From NCBI RefSeq assembly GCF_009914755.1, contig NC_060928.1: 64,000 nt of DNA; one strand, 5' to 3'. The notes below the pieces were generated by a model, which worked only from the letters and a program-made list of their open reading frames with translations, ran no database searches and had not been told where the DNA came from. This DNA is from the human T2T-CHM13v2.0 reference genome, Homo sapiens. Position numbers and translations under genes: made by a program. This document shows, piece by piece, positions 59,872 through 64,000 of the stretch. How positions within the stretch are numbered: the stretch's first letter is position 1; each line of letters starts with the position of its first letter.

Positions 59872-60997
59872 TTGTGATTTTAAGTGTTTATGCATATGTC
59901 CTGTATTTATAGCATCTGAATTATTTAGAGAACAATCAATAGTTACTCTGATTTTATTCACTCATTATATAAAGATACTATATCTTCATACTTGGTCTGA
60001 ATATGCATTTTAATTAAGTTTTCTTCCTAGTTCTTATATGCCAGATGAAATACTGTAAAAAATGAATAAAGAAGATACATTTTAAATGTTCTCAATAAAA
60101 ACACCCATATGACATTAATTCTTTTTCTGATGAAAATTGGTTTTGCCACCTCTATTCTTAAGCAAACTATTTTGTCAAACTGTCCTTCAACCCTGAACAA
60201 AAAAACATTAATAGAAAATATGTTCCAAGATTCTTGGAAAATATATTTACGTCTATATTCTTGACTAGAGTCTTCATTCAGAGATTCTAAGCCAATGGGA
60301 TAAATGAGTAGCTTCATGAATAGTTGTACCTAAGATTTTTAAGAAGACAGAGCACAGTATTATAAGAAATAAGGTTCTGGGAGGGTTCATTCTTTCAGTC
60401 ACTCAGCAAATTTTCTTGAATGCTATTTGCTGGGGATATAACTGTGAACAAATCAAGGAATGGTGATCTCAGCACTCATACAGTCATTAAGACAAAATCC
60501 TCTCACTAATTTTGTAATTCTGCATTCTGGATTATTGGCTTTGCAGCTAAGGCATATCCCATAAAGCATGTTTCATTTTACAGTCTTCTCATTATCCACG
60601 CCCAGGGAAGCACAAGAACACAATATAACTATGTGGCAAACAAATCTAACAAGTCATAGGTTTTAACTAAATGAACTACGAAATGTCTTCATCTATATGG
60701 GGCTACTAAATCAACAGTCTTTATCCACTGACAAACTCATTAAATCAAACAACATACTTTTCTGATTTTTCTTTTTTTTCAAAATTAACTTGCTATTGAG
60801 AAAGTTTAACAAATTGTTTAACCTGAAAGACAAATTTCCTGGTAAACAACCATTTAACATCCCCTGTGTCTTTGCCTCAAATCCATTACCAACAAGGCAG
60901 TCATCCTTTCAAAATGCAAATCTGATTATATCACACTTGACTAGTTTAAAATTTGTCAACCCTTCCTATTAATTTTATGTTGAGGAGCAAACTTCTT

Positions 60998-61120
60998 AAC
61001 GTGACCCATTTATCATGTATCATCCAAACTGGGACACTCTGAGAGTGAAAAGAGAGTGATTAATTTTTATACCAGTAAACCAGGACAGCCCCTAGAAAAG
61101 AGGTTAGTGTGGCTATCCCA
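60998..61120 (+). mobile_element. MER94 (hAT-Blackjack) inside an L2 fragment
   Basis: gtgacc...catccaaactgggacactctgagagtgaaa...taaaccaggacagccc. Confidence 0.7.
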
Positions 61121-61219
61121 CCCACAAGGCCCTACCTCTTCAAATTCCTTCACATTCTCCCTCACTGTTTCCCCTCCAGCTCCCTCCAGCAGGCATCTTT
61201 GTTAGGAAAAAAATAATAT

Positions 61220-61510
61220 AGCTGGGCACAGTGGCTTATGCCTGCGATCCCAATGCTTTGGGAGGCTAAGGCAGAAGTATCGCTTGAGCCCAGGAGTTCG
61301 AGACCAGCCCGGGCCACAAAGTGACGCCCCATCTCTACAAAACATTTTTTAAAAGCTGGACGTGGTGTTGCATGCCTTTGGTTTCAGCTACATGGGAGGC
61401 TGAAGAAGGAAGATTGTTTGAGCTCAGGAGCTCAAGGCTACAGTGAGCCATGTTTGCACCACTGCGCTCCAACCTGGGTGACAATGAAACCCTGCCTCAA
61501 AAATATATAA
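61220..61510 (+). mobile_element. AluJ
   Basis: cgcttgagcccaggagttcgagacc...tcaaggctacagtgagccatg. Confidence 0.9.
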
Positions 61511-61669
61511 ATATGTATCTCCATATTCAAAACCTGCAAATGGCCAAAAGAACACATGTCCATTGAATGACATGATGAAACACTGTTTAACTGACTCACC
61601 TGAGGATTATCTAATTCTCTAGAATAGGTATCTTTATTTTGTTTTATTTGCTATTGATTAGGCTTTAAT

Positions 61670-61821
61670 CAGGAGTCTGCAAACCATGGTCTGTGGGCCA
61701 ACTTGGGATAGGAGAGTGTTTTTATATAGTCCATGAGCATAAGGATACGTAACAGAGAACTTACATGGCCCACAAAGCCTAAAAAATTTACTCCTTTACA
61801 AAAAAAGTTTGCCAACTTCTG
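61670..61821 (+). mobile_element. MER58-family MITE (internally deleted)
   Basis: caggagtctgcaaacc...tggcccacaaagcctaaaa...aagtttgccaacttctg TIRs. Confidence 0.7.
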
Positions 61822-62161
61822 GATTAAGAAAACTGATGATGCTGAAAATGATTCTCAAAGGTTATACCCTTGTTGCCTGTAAAGCAATAACCAGTTTAGT
61901 TTTATGGCAATTACATCCTAGCATTCTTTTTTTCAGTGACTATGCATATTTCTGTTACTCCTACACTTTTTTGAACTGGCTTTGGCATCTTGCTAGTTCT
62001 CTCATTAGTAAAGTATTCTGTGATAAGTATTTTATAAAAAATAAAATATAAAGTATTTTGTAAATAAGTAATAATGACTACAGATTAATGATGATCAATG
62101 ATCTATCATGATGTGTATATACACACACACACACACACACCCACACAGACACAAACACTTA

Positions 62162-62477
62162 TAGCATGTGTCACTTAACTACAGAGATACATGCTGAGAA
62201 GTGTTGTTAGGTGGTACTGTTGTGCAAACATCAAAGTGTACTTATACAGACCTAGATGGTATAGCCTACTACACACCTAGCCTATATGGTAGTGTATTTC
62301 TCCTAGGCCACAAACCTGCACAGTATGTTACTGTACTGAATAAGCAACAACTGTTAACATAATGGTTAGCATCTGCTTATCTGAGCATAGAAAAGATAAC
62401 AGTAAAAATATGGTATTATCTGACCATCATCAATGCAGGCAGTCTGTTGTTAACTAAACATTGTTATGCAGTGACTG
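62162..62477 (+). mobile_element. Tigger3a-like MITE
   Basis: gacctagatggtatagcctactacacacctag...caaacctgcacagtatgttactgtactgaata. Confidence 0.8.
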
Positions 62478-63879
62478 TGTGTGTGTGTGTGTGTGTGTGT
62501 TATGTTTTAATTAGTAAATATATCATGTTATATGAATGTACCATTATCTATATAATCAGTCTTCTGTGTAAGGACATTTGAATTGTCTTCTGTCTCCTGT
62601 TCTTCAGCCCTATCACTCTCACTCACCCTCAAGGAGCTTCTCATTGTGTATTAAATATGTATACATCACCGAGCCAGGATTTCAAGGTCTTCTTTGGTCC
62701 AGAAGTATTTAACTGATAATCTATTGTTTCTGACCTCTGAGATCCTTTCCTGGAATGCTGCCTACTCCAGTCCCTACCATAGAAGCCCTACTCTTCATGC
62801 TTAAATGCCAGGTGCTCACAGTTCATGGCTCAATGGAGACTTTCCTTCTATTTTCTGTAGTTCTTGGAGCCTCACTTCTAGTAAATTTAAGGAAAATAGG
62901 AGACTCAGTCAATCTTGAATAAGTTTAACCGCCTTGGAAGTAATACATCCTAAGATTTGATATGTAACAGGTAAAGAAAATAAAAAGTATGTCAAATTTC
63001 CATCCACAGCCAAGATGTACCATGGAAAGATGTCTTGAATATAACTTCTACAAAAAATAAGCAAGCAAACTTGAATCTTTTCAATCACCTTATAACATGC
63101 TTGGTATAAGATAATATTTTTGCTAATTGGCAAAAAAATAGACAAATGGAAAATAAGTATTTGCTGTTGTACTTACATGCCTTAATCAGTTACAATGAAC
63201 ATTCTTGCTCACTTGGCAGGAACGGTGGGCATATTCCTTTGCTCTGACTTTATATATATTAAGTAACTTTCTGTTCTTAACTTGCCTTCTTATGTGAACT
63301 TTCATACAAGTGAGACAACACGTGAGCAGTAAACACAGTAGTACCCTAAAAGGAACTGTAGTCTGCAAAATCTGGTGGTGTATTTCTGGTCTCTGTATTT
63401 ACTGTGGCTAGTATATTCTGGCATACATAAGAAACTGCGTTGAAGGAATAAATGGATTGGTGTATCAGTGGGTTGTTTTAGGCTGAGTCAGTGTCTTAAA
63501 CCAAATCATCTCTGGTGAATGATAAGCCCATAATTTTGTAATTAGAAAATAAATGGAAAGTCCAAACTTTAGACACATGGTAACCTATAATCAACAAATA
63601 GGCACCATAAGAATTGCAGAGAAAGCTGACTTTCAACTTTATACAAAATTTAACATCCTTTTAGCTACAATAATAGTTATCCAACCTTGCATTGTTCTGA
63701 AGTTTTGTGTATGTCCTTGATAGAAGCAAAGTCTTCTCTTCTTTCTGACCAAGCACATGGAATCAGTTGGAAGAGACCACCTGCCTAGTCAGCCAGATGT
63801 CTGGTGATCAATGGAGCAGATACAGGAGGTAGCAGCAGGATCAGACTTATCTTCTAGTTACATGTACATACTTCTTTAA

Positions 63880-64000
63880 TTCATGGAATGTTGAAGACAG
63901 GGAGCAGGCACTCAATAAATAGTCATTGGTGATAAATTCCTTATTCTTCCAGTGAATATTTATTGAGTTCCTACACTGGGCAAAATATTATAGGTACTAA
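63880..64000. mobile_element. Two L2 3' ends, tail-to-tail
   Basis: caggcactcaataaata (plus-strand L2 end) faces tatttattgagttcctac (minus-strand L2 end). Confidence 0.7.

Noticed and set aside
63171-63255. Strong minus-strand donor CAT|GTAAGT at 63176
   Set aside because: No pyrimidine-rich acceptor nearby and stops in all three frames.

Overview
Primate (human-like) AT-rich, CpG-depleted genomic DNA lying inside a large minus-strand gene. The only convincing coding sequence is one 55-nt minus-strand exon at 47889-47943. It has canonical AG/GT ends and encodes (V)[17 protein letters not shown](L), the CaMKII kinase N-lobe segment just before the hinge. The residues and the very long AT-rich flanking introns fit CAMK2D, probably coding exon 4. 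The ORF track misses this exon; its ORFs are TE-derived or chance. The rest is intron packed with Alu, L1, L2, MIR, MaLR/ERV1 solo LTRs (MST, MLT1, MER34, HERV-H LTR7C) and DNA transposons (Tigger1, Tigger2a, Tigger3a, MER58, MER94). I found no evidence of a new multi-gene system. The best leads are an in-frame 153-nt cryptic exon candidate, a miR-95-like L2 tail-to-tail hairpin, two local templated insertions, a twin-primed L1PA2, an antisense LTR7C next to the exon, a deeply nested TE cluster and a few enhancer-like motif clusters. Repeat subfamily calls are by eye from remembered consensus sequences, and old-repeat boundaries are approximate.
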